DNA of 64,000 nucleotides from Candidatus Saccharimonadia bacterium (GTDB taxonomy: Bacteria > Patescibacteriota > Saccharimonadia > UBA4664 > SCTI01), in assembly GCA_046597065.1 (NCBI GenBank), contig JBKJLI010000003.1:2807-66806 (forward strand), given 5' to 3'. The notes beneath the pieces are model-generated. The model searched no databases, had not been told where the DNA came from, and saw only the letters and a list, made by a program, of their open reading frames with translations. This document shows positions 49,156-58,991 of this stretch, piece by piece (positions within the stretch are counted from its first letter, which is position 1; every line of letters starts with the position of its first letter). A program made the translations under genes and the position numbers.

Positions 49156-50148
49156 CTATCGGCGCTGCTTGGCGCCCTCAATCTCTAGATCATTTTTAAC
49201 CATCCTTGAGATTAACTGCTGAAAATTAACTTCCGGCTTCCAACCTAACTGTTTGTTAGCCTTGGCTGGATCGGCCAAGAGCATGTCGACTTCGGCCGGG
49301 CGCATAAAACGTTTGTCTTGTACCACATAAGGTTTCCAGTCCTTGATGCCCGCCTCCGCGAAGGCTACATCGAGTAGCTCTTTGATTGAGTGAGTTTCGC
49401 CCGTGCCGAGCACATAATCATCTGGTTTGTCTTGCTGCATCATCATCCACATACCGCGCACATAGTCCCCTGCAAAGCCCCAGTCCCGCTTAGCATCTAG
49501 GTTGCCCATAACAAGCTTGTCTTGCAAACCCAGCTTGATTCTGGCCACGCTGCTAGTCACTTTCCGGGTCACGAACTCATAACCTCGCCGCGGAGACTCG
49601 TGGTTGAATAGGATGCCGCAAGAGGCATGTATACCGTAACTCTCTCGGTAGTTTATGGTCATAAAATGACCATAAAGCTTGGCCGCACCATACGGGCTTC
49701 TGGGATAAAAAGGAGTTTTCTCGCTTTGAGCGTGGTTTTGGACTCCTCCGAACATCTCGCTGGTAGATGCTTGGTAGAAACGAATGTTACCCTTTCCGCC
49801 ATCAAATATCCGTACGGCCTCTAAGATCCTCGTTACCCCCAAGCCACTAATGTTGCCGGTAATCTCGGGCTGATCAAATGACAGCTTAACGAAACTAATT
49901 GCCCCTAAGTTATAGACTTCATCGGGCTGAGATTCTTCAAAAGCTCTCAATATTGAGCCCATATCAGTCAGATCGCCCTCAATTAGCCTAACGCCGGGGA
50001 TCTCGCGCTCAACTTCTGAACGCTTGGGGTTATGCTGGCCACGTATTAGGCCATAAACTTCGTAGTTCTTACTTAGTAGTAGCTCGGCTAAGTACATGCC
50101 GTCTTGACCAGTGATTCCGGTTACTAGTGCGCGCTTTGGGTTACTCAT
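49156..50148 (-). CDS. gmd: GDP-mannose 4,6-dehydratase
   Basis: ALVTGITGQDGMYLAELLL (Rossmann + GxTGQDG), YGAAKLYGHFMTINYRESYG (Y..K catalytic), 330 aa. This is the only minus-strand gene inside the glycan locus. Confidence 0.9.
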   Translation of the reverse strand: MSNPKRALVTGITGQDGMYLAELLLSKNYEVYGLIRGQHNPKRSEVEREIPGVRLIEGDLTDMGSILRAFEESQPDEVYNLGAISFVKLSFDQPEITGNISGLGVTRILEAVRIFDGGKGNIRFYQASTSEMFGGVQNHAQSEKTPFYPRSPYGAAKLYGHFMTINYRESYGIHASCGILFNHESPRRGYEFVTRKVTSSVARIKLGLQDKLVMGNLDAKRDWGFAGDYVRGMWMMMQQDKPDDYVLGTGETHSIKELLDVAFAEAGIKDWKPYVVQDKRFMRPAEVDMLLADPAKANKQLGWKPEVNFQQLISRMVKNDLEIEGAKQRR

Positions 50149-50200
50149 AAATATCCTTTTCTACTGATTGCCGTAATGGTATTTATGATACCATTACCCT

Positions 50201-51511
50201 GTGAGATTTATTAAACAAATCTGGCCTTTTTTATTGCTCGCCAGCCTTCCGTTTGAGCGTATTCCATCGTATGACCTAGCTATTTTGGGGCATAGCGTTA
50301 CAGTTAGGTCGGGCTTGATCATTGGCGTTGTTGGCATTGCTCTTTTCGGCTGGATAACCGCTAAGAATCTAAAACTGAATTTCAAGGAACCCGAAACCTG
50401 GCTGGTAAGCTATCTGGTCGTGGCGCTACTGTCTATTTTATTCACCCTCAATCTTCCACGTTCGCTAATTGCGGCCACCGCCACACTGATTGTCTTAGGC
50501 ACGTCCCTTGTTGTGGCGCAGGTTTTCGAAAAAGTGGCATTGGAAAAAGTTTATATAACCCTGTTCATAGCGAGTGTCGTAGTCTCGATCATTGGTCTCT
50601 ACCAATTCTTTGGCGATGCTTTTGGATTGCCCAGAAGCCTTACCGGTCTACGCGAAATATACACTAAGCAGGTATTCGGGTTCCCTCGAGTTCAGTCGGT
50701 TAGCCTGGAGCCACTATTTTTTGCTAACTTCTTGATTATTCCTATACTACTAACTGTAGGCCTGCTCTACACAAAAAAAATTAGCGGCCCTAAGTACTGG
50801 CTCGGCCTGTTTCTGTTCACTTTAACCCTTGGCCTGACGCTATCACGCGGAGGCTACTGGGCAACTGCAGGCGGACTTATAATCGTCGTTGTGGCACTCC
50901 GGAAACTCGGATCGTTAAAACGCGTTGCGGCACTATCGGCCACCATGCTGCTTGGTGTCGCCTCGGCGGTCTTAATGATTTACGTCACCGCTCAAATTAC
51001 AGGTGGTGGTAACAAGGGCGATGCTGCAGTTAGTAACTATGTGCATCAATCGAAGAAAGTCAGCTCGGCTCAAAGTGCCGATTCCGATCGAGTGGTTAAT
51101 CGCAAACTGGCTCTGGAGGCTTTTGCCGAACGCCCAGTAATCGGTAATGGGCTGGGAGCATTTGGCACCTACGCCCAGCGCAATGACCCGGTGTTTTACG
51201 CGTCTACTGATGCCGCGACTGTAAACAACGAATATCTCGAGATTTTGGCCGAAACTGGGTTACTCGGCTTTATTTCTCTGGCAGGCTTCGTAATCACATT
51301 GATGATTTCGGGCATCAATGCATTAAATAAAACTACGGACACTAACGTAAAAGCATGGATAGGATCGTTACTGGCTATCTGCGTCGCTTTTGGCATTCAA
51401 TACAACTCATTTTCCACGCTCTACATTATGCAAATATGGGTGATGATTGGAATCTTAATGGCCTTAGTTGCAAATGCAAATTCGTCGAACAGCTCAAAAT
51501 CTAAAGCCTAA
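50201..51511 (+). CDS. Wzy_C-family protein (O-antigen ligase / polymerase / O-oligosaccharyltransferase-like), about 11 TM
   Basis: Polytopic. TLGLTLSRGGYWA sits in a large external loop and resembles the Wzy_C signature shared by WaaL and PglL/PilO. Start is uncertain. Confidence 0.5.
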   Translation: MRFIKQIWPFLLLASLPFERIPSYDLAILGHSVTVRSGLIIGVVGIALFGWITAKNLKLNFKEPETWLVSYLVVALLSILFTLNLPRSLIAATATLIVLGTSLVVAQVFEKVALEKVYITLFIASVVVSIIGLYQFFGDAFGLPRSLTGLREIYTKQVFGFPRVQSVSLEPLFFANFLIIPILLTVGLLYTKKISGPKYWLGLFLFTLTLGLTLSRGGYWATAGGLIIVVVALRKLGSLKRVAALSATMLLGVASAVLMIYVTAQITGGGNKGDAAVSNYVHQSKKVSSAQSADSDRVVNRKLALEAFAERPVIGNGLGAFGTYAQRNDPVFYASTDAATVNNEYLEILAETGLLGFISLAGFVITLMISGINALNKTTDTNVKAWIGSLLAICVAFGIQYNSFSTLYIMQIWVMIGILMALVANANSSNSSKSKA

Positions 51512-53009
51512 AAGCTTATTGCTCCTACTTAAGCGTGTGCGCACTGAATGGCAACAACGCGTATATTTTGATTACTTATTTTTAGCAATAATCTGTCTAT
51601 CTGCGGTCGCTCTCAATATAGTTTGGAGAAATATTGAAACCAGGCCGCCGCACTGGGATATGGCAAGACACCTCTGGACCAGCTTGCAATACTTTAATAA
51701 CTGGTCAAACCATAGTATTAATGCGCTACTCAACCAGTATTTTTATTACCCTCCCCTAATCTATTGGGTCAGCATCCCAGTCTACTTAATCTTTGGTGCA
51801 TCGGTTAGCTCTGCCGTTTTAGTAAGTAACCTGTTCTTACCAATACTAGTATTTTCAACTTACGGGATAGGCCGCAGACTTTGGGGTCGGCTTGTCGGGC
51901 TATCTTCGGCTATTGTTGTAATGTCTTATCCAATTGTCACCAGCCAGTTCAAGGAATACCAGTTAGATGCGCCGCTAATGGCTATGGTTGCGCTGGCCGT
52001 TCTAGCTTTAATTCTAGCTCGTGAGTTTTCAATTAAGTGGATGAGTATGGCATTTGGGGTCGTATTTGGGTTGGGGATGCTAACGAAGTGGACCTTCATT
52101 GTAGCCATAGCCGCTCCACTGGCAATGGCATTAATAATAATGTCTTTGCGGGTCTATAAAACTCGAAACTATAGACCCCTCCAATATGTTTTTGTGGCGG
52201 GATTAATCGCCTATACTATAGCCAGTATCTGGTACCTGCCCAACCAAGTGCAGTTGAGGATCGATATGAGCAGCAACGGGGTGGCTCAAGCTCTCGCAGA
52301 GGGCGACCCAATACCTGGATCTTTTAATGCATATAGCTGGTACGCGGCTACACTGCTTAACGTACAAGTCTATCTGCTGCCAATACTACTGTTCTTTGTC
52401 GGCATTACCCAGAGCATCGCCCACAGAAAATCCTTCACTATCAATAAGTACCTATGGGCGACATTGATTGGATGCTATATTGGTTTTTCCTACCTTCCCA
52501 ATAAGGATGCTCGTTATACTATGGTGCTTTTGCCCGCCCTGGCAGTGCTTTCGGTTTATTGGATTCATTATTTGAAAAACCGGATAAAGTTGACGGCTGC
52601 CATGGCCATCATGCTAGTAAGTTTACTTATGTACTTCACTTTCAGCTTCGGCCTGCCCTTGGCACCGAAGCAAATTAGTTTAAATCGCCCAAATGTAACG
52701 CTGTTTGCCCAGCACGGATATATTATCGGCGCACCAACTAACGAGCTATGGCATCAAGAGGAAATATTTAAGTCTGTTGCCGGTAAAAGTTTGTCTATAA
52801 ATTACTCGGGACCGGAATCAATCTGGTTTAACAATTGGGGCATAGCATACTACTCAAACCTTTACCATGTGGCGCTGGTGTCTGACTCCCGAAAGGCTGA
52901 TCGCGTTGCTATCAGATCTAGCTCAACGGTTGTTGCGCCCGACGGTTTTCTAGAAAAACATATCTATTGCCTGCCAGATGGCACCAATCTATATATTTAT
53001 CAGAAATAG
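51468..53009 (+). CDS. GT-C fold membrane glycosyltransferase (ArnT/PMT-like, GT39/GT83-type)
   Basis: 12-13 TM. The first external loop has RPPHWDMARHLW and YYPPLIYW, typical of ArnT/PMT-like GT-C enzymes. Start is uncertain. Confidence 0.45.
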   Translation: MQMQIRRTAQNLKPKSLLLLLKRVRTEWQQRVYFDYLFLAIICLSAVALNIVWRNIETRPPHWDMARHLWTSLQYFNNWSNHSINALLNQYFYYPPLIYWVSIPVYLIFGASVSSAVLVSNLFLPILVFSTYGIGRRLWGRLVGLSSAIVVMSYPIVTSQFKEYQLDAPLMAMVALAVLALILAREFSIKWMSMAFGVVFGLGMLTKWTFIVAIAAPLAMALIIMSLRVYKTRNYRPLQYVFVAGLIAYTIASIWYLPNQVQLRIDMSSNGVAQALAEGDPIPGSFNAYSWYAATLLNVQVYLLPILLFFVGITQSIAHRKSFTINKYLWATLIGCYIGFSYLPNKDARYTMVLLPALAVLSVYWIHYLKNRIKLTAAMAIMLVSLLMYFTFSFGLPLAPKQISLNRPNVTLFAQHGYIIGAPTNELWHQEEIFKSVAGKSLSINYSGPESIWFNNWGIAYYSNLYHVALVSDSRKADRVAIRSSSTVVAPDGFLEKHIYCLPDGTNLYIYQK

Positions 53010-53033
53010 CTGTTCAGCCCTATAATAGTCTCT

Positions 53034-54143
53034 ATGAAAATCATTATTGATGGCCGGATGATTGGCTGGACCGGAATTGGCCGCTACTCCATCGAACTGT
53101 TAAACCACCTCCAAGAGATAGACCAAGATAACGAGTACGTTGTGCTGGTTCGTAGCGTTGACTGGGATAAGTGGCAGCCAATCAGCTCTAATTTTAATCG
53201 CGTACGCTGCGACATTGAGCCTTACAGTTTAGCCGAGCAGCTTAAGCTGCCCTGGCAAATCCGCAAGCTACGGCCAGACATTGTGCATTTTTTAAGCATT
53301 AACTCCCCTATTATCGGGCACTTCCGACGGGTTACTACGGTGCATGACCTAACACTTATCGATTATGACGTTGCCCGTGGGTCGTGGATTAAGCAACAAG
53401 TTTACGGCTTAAAGCGATTGGTGCTGCGGATTCACGTTAATCTAGTTCTTAGGCGTTCTCGGCGAGTGATAGCTGATACCGAGTTTGGGCGGCAGAATTT
53501 AGTTAAGAGAAATTTGATTCGACCCAACAACGGCCACGCCATTCATTTGGGCGCCGGTATCGCGACGAATAACCTTATCAAACCTTCCCCCTATCCCCCA
53601 CTAATAAACCAAAGGTTTATCCTGGCTGTCGGCAATGCATTCCCCTACAAAAACCTCCAACGACTCATTGATGCTTATGCCCTGGCTCGGCCTAGGGAAA
53701 CCAAACTAGTGCTAGTTGGTAAGCCTGACTATTTTTATGAGCAGCTACAAACTTACGTAAAAAACAATAAAATTGTTGGGGTTCACTTTGCCGGCTTTGT
53801 GCCCGATACTCAGCTAGCCTGGCTATATCAACAAACTAGCTTATATGTTTTTCCTAGCCTCAGTGAAGGCTTTGGGCTACCGGGCTTAGAGGCCATGGCC
53901 TACGGCGCGCCGGTCGCTAGCAGCAACGCCACTTGTTTGCCTGAAGTCTACGGTGAGGCCGCTGCCTACTTTGATCCGAACGACACCGTCGACATCGCCC
54001 GGGTCATCACCGAGTTGCTGAATGACGCCAAGCTCAGCTCCAAGTTAATAAAAGCTGGGCACGAGCAGGTCGCCAAGTACTCCTGGGAGCGCATGGCCCA
54101 CCAAACCCTTGAGGTTTATAATCGAGCGCCGGGGGCAGAATAA
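53034..54143 (+). CDS. GT4-family glycosyltransferase
   Basis: FPSLSEGFGLPGLEAMAYGAPVASSNATCLPEVYGEAA (EX7E). Confidence 0.8.
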   Translation: MKIIIDGRMIGWTGIGRYSIELLNHLQEIDQDNEYVVLVRSVDWDKWQPISSNFNRVRCDIEPYSLAEQLKLPWQIRKLRPDIVHFLSINSPIIGHFRRVTTVHDLTLIDYDVARGSWIKQQVYGLKRLVLRIHVNLVLRRSRRVIADTEFGRQNLVKRNLIRPNNGHAIHLGAGIATNNLIKPSPYPPLINQRFILAVGNAFPYKNLQRLIDAYALARPRETKLVLVGKPDYFYEQLQTYVKNNKIVGVHFAGFVPDTQLAWLYQQTSLYVFPSLSEGFGLPGLEAMAYGAPVASSNATCLPEVYGEAAAYFDPNDTVDIARVITELLNDAKLSSKLIKAGHEQVAKYSWERMAHQTLEVYNRAPGAE

Positions 54144-54151
54144 GTAATTCA

Positions 54152-55561
54152 ATGTATATGAATTTGCTTAGATTCAGAAAGCTACTTGCCCAGAAAAAAT
54201 ACTGGGTTATTGTGCTTATTGCAGTCCTAACTATCTCAATGGGGGCACGGTTTAATATAAAAATGGGACTTTCGGGTGACGAGCCGCACTACCTAGTTAT
54301 GGCAAATAGCCTCAAAGTCGATCATGATCTGAATGTAAAAAATGATTACGGGCAAAAAAGATACTTGCCGTACTACCCCGACACATTAGAGCCGCACATA
54401 AATTGGGCTCTGGTACAACAGTCCGGCGAACGTTGGCATTCAATACACGGGCCAGGTTTACCTCTACTAATTCTGCCCGGGGTCGTTTTTAGCAAGCGGC
54501 TTGGGGCACTCTTGATAATGATTGGCTTCGGATTGCTTGCAGTTGTTGCCGGTATATCTATTTCAAAACTAGTAGCAAGCAAAGGGGCTTCTTTTTTAGC
54601 CGGGCTGATGTTGGCATTAAGTGTTCCATTCCTCGCTCTAGCTGGCTATATCTTCCCAGATATAGTGATCGGATCGTTAACTGCATTAACATTTTTGCTA
54701 ATTAACATGAAATCCAAAACTCTTTGGCGAGATGTGGCGATTGGGGTATTATCGGCAACACTCATTTGGGTGCACGTCAAAACCAGTCTAGTTGCGGGAT
54801 CTCTCATTTTAATTGCAGTTTGGTACATTATTGAAAGTTCTAAGGATCTTACCAATCGCAATCGCAGGCTGGCAGCATTACTTGTGCCTTTCATTCTTTT
54901 GACCGGCCTACTTCAATTCAAGTTTTACCAATGGTTCGGTGTGTTCACTCCAAATGGTATCTATAAGGGTAACAATCAGCTATTTCAGCTGAATCCGTTC
55001 AAGTCACTCTTAGCAATACTATTCGATCCATTTAAGGGTCTGCTAATAATGAGTCCTATATGGTTTTGTGCCGTCGTGGGTTTGCCAGAATGGTATAAGC
55101 GAAATAAGAAGCAATTGTTATTTGTATTAGCAATAGTATTGCCGAGTTTTTTCATTCAATCTACTTTTGACGATTGGGCCGGAGGATGGAGCCCGCCAGC
55201 ACGATATACCGTTCAATATTTACCAATCCTGCTGCCAGCACTCGCGCTTGGCCTGGAGCTAATGCTGAGTAACGCAAAGATGCGGATCTACGCATTTACC
55301 CTCATTGTGGCACAAGTTACTATCGCCGCGACCTATATATTATTCAGGACTCCATGGGACTTCGCTGGTCACGAAGCTCCGTTTATTGTTGATTTGAAAG
55401 ACTCATTACATTTGAATTGGCTACCTACAATATTTTTCGACAACCATGCAAACCCTACAAAAGCTGGGATTGTAGTTATTTTAAGTAGCTTTTTCGTGAT
55501 GACTGCTTTATTAATTTTTAAAAAGTTTAGTCAATCAAGAAACAGCCGTAAAATAAGCTAA
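54152..55561 (+). CDS. Polytopic membrane protein, GT-C-like (candidate second lipid-linked-sugar transferase)
   Basis: About 12 TM. The first external loop has GLSGDEPHYLVMANSL (DE..Y motif as in ArnT/PMT/AftA-type GT-C). Confidence 0.4.
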   Translation: MYMNLLRFRKLLAQKKYWVIVLIAVLTISMGARFNIKMGLSGDEPHYLVMANSLKVDHDLNVKNDYGQKRYLPYYPDTLEPHINWALVQQSGERWHSIHGPGLPLLILPGVVFSKRLGALLIMIGFGLLAVVAGISISKLVASKGASFLAGLMLALSVPFLALAGYIFPDIVIGSLTALTFLLINMKSKTLWRDVAIGVLSATLIWVHVKTSLVAGSLILIAVWYIIESSKDLTNRNRRLAALLVPFILLTGLLQFKFYQWFGVFTPNGIYKGNNQLFQLNPFKSLLAILFDPFKGLLIMSPIWFCAVVGLPEWYKRNKKQLLFVLAIVLPSFFIQSTFDDWAGGWSPPARYTVQYLPILLPALALGLELMLSNAKMRIYAFTLIVAQVTIAATYILFRTPWDFAGHEAPFIVDLKDSLHLNWLPTIFFDNHANPTKAGIVVILSSFFVMTALLIFKKFSQSRNSRKIS

Positions 55562-56031
55562 CCCCGCTTCTTTACCACCAGCCGGCGTCTTTTATCCTCG
55601 CCCCGGCTCTCGGTGGTAACGTGCTCGTGATCGGTAAACAGTGAGTGAATCTGGCGGCGTTCGGCGGCGTTCATTTGCGGCAGCGGCACCTCATCTTCCT
55701 CACCATCGGCCACCTTACGAGCAGCTTCGTGGGCGCGTTCGGCAAGCCGTTCTAAGCGGCCCTGGCGGTAGCTTCCAACATCTATGCGTACATACACTCG
55801 TTCGGCGGTTAGGCGCCTGATCATCATGTTTAAAACGTGCTGAAGCGCCTCTAGAGTTTCACCCCTATGCCCAATTACGTGGGCTCCGTCTTCGCTTGCT
55901 ACTGCGAGCAAAATTGTGTCTTCGTCGCGGATTACAGTAGCCTCCGCATTAACCCCAAAAAAGGCCAGCAAGTCCTCAAACTGTTGCTTGGCCGCCGCCT
56001 CAACCGCACTTCCGGTTAACTGCTCCCTCAT
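55558..56031 (-). CDS. jag: KhpB/Jag-like RNA-binding protein (KH + R3H domains), minimal form
   Basis: KH-like GHRGETLEAL and R3H (LPQMNAAERRQIHSLFTDHEHVTTESRGE..RRLVV). Conserved position downstream of yidC. Confidence 0.65.
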   Translation of the reverse strand: MREQLTGSAVEAAAKQQFEDLLAFFGVNAEATVIRDEDTILLAVASEDGAHVIGHRGETLEALQHVLNMMIRRLTAERVYVRIDVGSYRQGRLERLAERAHEAARKVADGEEDEVPLPQMNAAERRQIHSLFTDHEHVTTESRGEDKRRRLVVKKRG

Positions 56032-56873
56032 TTGCGAGCTCGCTTGCCGCCCTTTTTGCGCGCCTTGGCCTTTTTAGCTGAAGCAACCGGTTCGCTAGAA
56101 GCCAGTGTGCGAGTGGTGATCTTGCTTACTCCGGTTTCACCAACCACCTCCATTTCGTGGGCATCGCGCAGTAGCACGTGGTACTGCTGATAAACCGCAA
56201 TCGCGCTGGTAACCGTCCAGTATAGGGCCAAAGCCGAGGGCAGCGTTAAGCCGATGCCAAAGGTTAATATTGGGAAAAGGTAAATGATGTTCTGCATCAT
56301 CCGGACCTGGGGGTCGGTAGAGGCGGCGGCACCCTTGGGCTGTAGCATCTTGCTTTGGTAAAACTGGGCGGCGGCGGCGGTTAGCGCCAAAAACCAGCTA
56401 GGCTGGGCCAGGTTAATCACCCCAAACAGCGTTGGTGAAAAGCTTCCCGGGTTGGCGATAACGTTGGCCACTTCGGGGATGCGCTCAACAAAGCCGTAGG
56501 TTAGCTTGGCAATCTGGTCACCATGCACGGCGTCGCTAAATACAATGTAGATGGCAAAAAAGATTGGCAGCTGAAATAACAGCGGTAAAATTGGGGCCAG
56601 CGGGCTGGTACCCTTTTCTTTATACAAATCCATCATCATCTGGGTTTCAAGCTGGCGATCACCACCGGCCTTGGCCTTCACCTTGGCAATTTCGGGGGCC
56701 AGCGCTTGCACCTTCTTTTGCGAGTGCAGTTGCCTAGTTACTAGCGGCCAAATGGCTAGCCGGACTAAAACGGTTAGCAAAATAACCGCCAGGCCAAGAT
56801 CATGACCAGGCAGCCATCCATAAATGGCAAACAGAATGTTAAATAATGGTTGAACAAAAATTACGGTAAACAT
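56028..56873 (-). CDS. yidC: Membrane protein insertase YidC (short, Gram-positive-type)
   Basis: 5 TM with a YidC/Oxa1 core. C-terminal Lys/Arg-rich tail (KKAKARKKGGKRARK). Sits in the rnpA-yidC-jag cluster. Confidence 0.85.
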   Translation of the reverse strand: MFTVIFVQPLFNILFAIYGWLPGHDLGLAVILLTVLVRLAIWPLVTRQLHSQKKVQALAPEIAKVKAKAGGDRQLETQMMMDLYKEKGTSPLAPILPLLFQLPIFFAIYIVFSDAVHGDQIAKLTYGFVERIPEVANVIANPGSFSPTLFGVINLAQPSWFLALTAAAAQFYQSKMLQPKGAAASTDPQVRMMQNIIYLFPILTFGIGLTLPSALALYWTVTSAIAVYQQYHVLLRDAHEMEVVGETGVSKITTRTLASSEPVASAKKAKARKKGGKRARK

Positions 56874-56887
56874 ATCTAAACCTGTCT

Positions 56888-57244
56888 CTACTTGGCTTTT
56901 GAGCCGTTAATTAAATCGGCCTTGGTTAACACCTCTACCACCAGCTTTTCCAGCTGGGCGGCGGTTTTGGCGCTAAGATCGGCGCGTACCGTCACTACTA
57001 TATCGTATCCGGGGGCGACTGTCTGCCACCCGCGTTGAGCCACTCCCACGATCTGTCGACGCAAACGGTTGCGAACGGTTGCGCGTTTAGACACCTTTTT
57101 ACTGACAATCACCACCAAACGGCTTTCGGCGTTGCCATTACGGGCCGATCGCACCAGCAGCTCTGGGTTTGATACTCCCCGACCCTGCTTAAAAACCCGC
57201 GAGATTTCGCGGGGTTTTTTTAAACGGTTGGGAGCTGGCAGCAC
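56888..57244 (-). CDS. rnpA: Ribonuclease P protein component
   Basis: 118 aa, basic. RNR-like motif region (VRNRLRRQI). Immediately downstream of rpmH. Confidence 0.8.
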   Translation of the reverse strand: MLPAPNRLKKPREISRVFKQGRGVSNPELLVRSARNGNAESRLVVIVSKKVSKRATVRNRLRRQIVGVAQRGWQTVAPGYDIVVTVRADLSAKTAAQLEKLVVEVLTKADLINGSKAK

Positions 57245-57253
57245 CAGAGCGCC

Positions 57254-57391
57254 TTAAATTGCGACGCGCGTTCGGCCCTTGGCCCGACGTCGTTGCAACA
57301 CGGCTCGGCCGGCGCGACTAGACATGCGCTTTAAAAAGCCATGGACGCGTTGGCGGCGGGTTTTCTTTGGCTGATACGTTCGCTTACTCAT
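57254..57391 (-). CDS. rpmH: 50S ribosomal protein L34
   Basis: 45 aa, [45 protein letters not shown]. Below the 60-aa ORF-track threshold but unmistakable. Confidence 0.9.
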   Translation of the reverse strand: MSKRTYQPKKTRRQRVHGFLKRMSSRAGRAVLQRRRAKGRTRVAI

Positions 57392-57626
57392 ACTCGAGAC
57401 ATCATAGCGGTTTTGAGCCTACAGGTCAATCCGTTGTAGGAGGTTAAAAGCGAACACTAAATTTGTTTTTCCCCGAAATTAGCCGATTTATCCCCCTTTT
57501 TACATCTGTTGCTGTATACCCTGTGGACAGAATGTATTAAAATTTCATGGTTGTGAGTTAGCCGCAATTACGGTTATGATTGAGCTATCAAACGACACTA
57601 AATTGCGTTTAAAACGGTGGAGGTTT
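57392..57626. promoter_or_regulatory. oriC part A (rpmH-dnaA intergenic): dnaA promoter region with DnaA-box-like motifs TTTTCCCCG, TTATCCCCC and TGTGGACAG
   Basis: The motifs match the TTATCCACA consensus at 7 of 9 positions. The region is AT-rich. Confidence 0.4.
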
Positions 57627-58991
57627 ATGAGTTCACAAAAGCTGTGGCAGGCTGTTCTCGGCGAGCTAGAAGTTAGCTTTACCCGGGCTCAGTTTGAAAC
57701 TTGGTTCAAGGGCACCTCGGTGATTGCCAGCGAGGACGGCTACATTGTTGTGGGCGTTCCAAACATTTTCACTAAAGAGTGGCTCGAAAAAAAGTACTGC
57801 CAGCAGATTAGTGATAGCCTAAGCCGCATTGCCCCCGACATCGAGGGCATAAAGTACACCGTTACAACGGTGGGCGGCAAGGTTAGTGGCGCTCGTGATC
57901 AAATTATTGCCCCCATCGAAGCTCCGGTAACGGTTGTGGCCGCTACTCCAACTCCCACCCAGGGTGCCAATAAAAAACTCAATCACCGCTACACTCTAGA
58001 TGGTTTTGTGGTTGGTTCTAGTAATGATTTGGCCTTTGCGGCAAGTCAGGCCGTGGTGGCTGCGCCTGGTGCCAAGTACAACCCGCTATTTATTTACGGT
58101 GGCGTTGGGCTTGGCAAAACCCACTTAATTCAAGCCATTGGAAACGAAATCAACCGTAATGATCCCTCCAAAAAAGTCCTGTATGTCACCAGCGAACAGT
58201 TCACTAATGAGTTCTTAAACAGTATTTCCGGCAAAAGCACCAAAAAATTCACCGAAAAGTACCGCAGCCTAGACGTTTTAATCGTCGACGACATTCAGTT
58301 TTTGGGCAACAAAGAACGGACCCAAGAAGAGTTCTTTCACACCTTTAACACCCTGTATGAGGCTAATAAACAGGTTATTCTTTCGAGCGATAAACCACCA
58401 CGCGACATCCCCCACCTAGAAGACCGTCTGCGCTCTCGCTTTGGCTGGGGCATGGTGGCCGACATTCAAAAACCAGACTTTGAAACCCGCGCCGCCATTA
58501 TTCAGCGCAAGGCTGCTAGTCGTGGAATAAATCTAGAACTGCCGGTTATCGAACACATCGCTCGTCATCACCAGCACAATATCCGCGACCTCGAAGGCAC
58601 CTTAACCAACATTCTGGCTCAGTGTGAGCTAAAAGACCGCGAACCTTCACTCGAGTTTGTAAACTCTATTTTAGGTGCCGCAGCACCGGCCACTAAGCGC
58701 CGCTTGGCCACCCCTAAAATGATCATCGAAAAGACGGCCGGATTCTTTGATATTAGTCCGTCTGACATTACCGGCCAGTGTCGCGATAAAGATATTGTAG
58801 TACCACGCCAAATCGCCATGTATATCATGCGCCAAGAGTTGGGTTTGAGCTTTCCAAAGATTGCCCAAAACGTTGGCGGTCGCGACCACACAACGGCCAT
58901 GCATTCGGTATCAAAGATAGAGAAGTTATTAGAGGTTAATGAGGAGCTTCGCTCCGAGGTGAGTCAGGTTCGGGAACGCGTCACCCTGTGA
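57576..58991 (+). CDS. dnaA: Chromosomal replication initiator DnaA
   Basis: Domain III Walker A GGVGLGKTHL, sensor motifs, and domain IV DnaA-box binding helix (VVPRQIAMYIMRQELGLSFPKIAQNVGGRDHTTAMHS). The probable biological start is the internal ATG at ~57627 (MSSQKLWQAVLGELE...) behind a GGAGG RBS, not the track start at 57576. Confidence 0.95.
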   Translation: MIELSNDTKLRLKRWRFMSSQKLWQAVLGELEVSFTRAQFETWFKGTSVIASEDGYIVVGVPNIFTKEWLEKKYCQQISDSLSRIAPDIEGIKYTVTTVGGKVSGARDQIIAPIEAPVTVVAATPTPTQGANKKLNHRYTLDGFVVGSSNDLAFAASQAVVAAPGAKYNPLFIYGGVGLGKTHLIQAIGNEINRNDPSKKVLYVTSEQFTNEFLNSISGKSTKKFTEKYRSLDVLIVDDIQFLGNKERTQEEFFHTFNTLYEANKQVILSSDKPPRDIPHLEDRLRSRFGWGMVADIQKPDFETRAAIIQRKAASRGINLELPVIEHIARHHQHNIRDLEGTLTNILAQCELKDREPSLEFVNSILGAAAPATKRRLATPKMIIEKTAGFFDISPSDITGQCRDKDIVVPRQIAMYIMRQELGLSFPKIAQNVGGRDHTTAMHSVSKIEKLLEVNEELRSEVSQVRERVTL

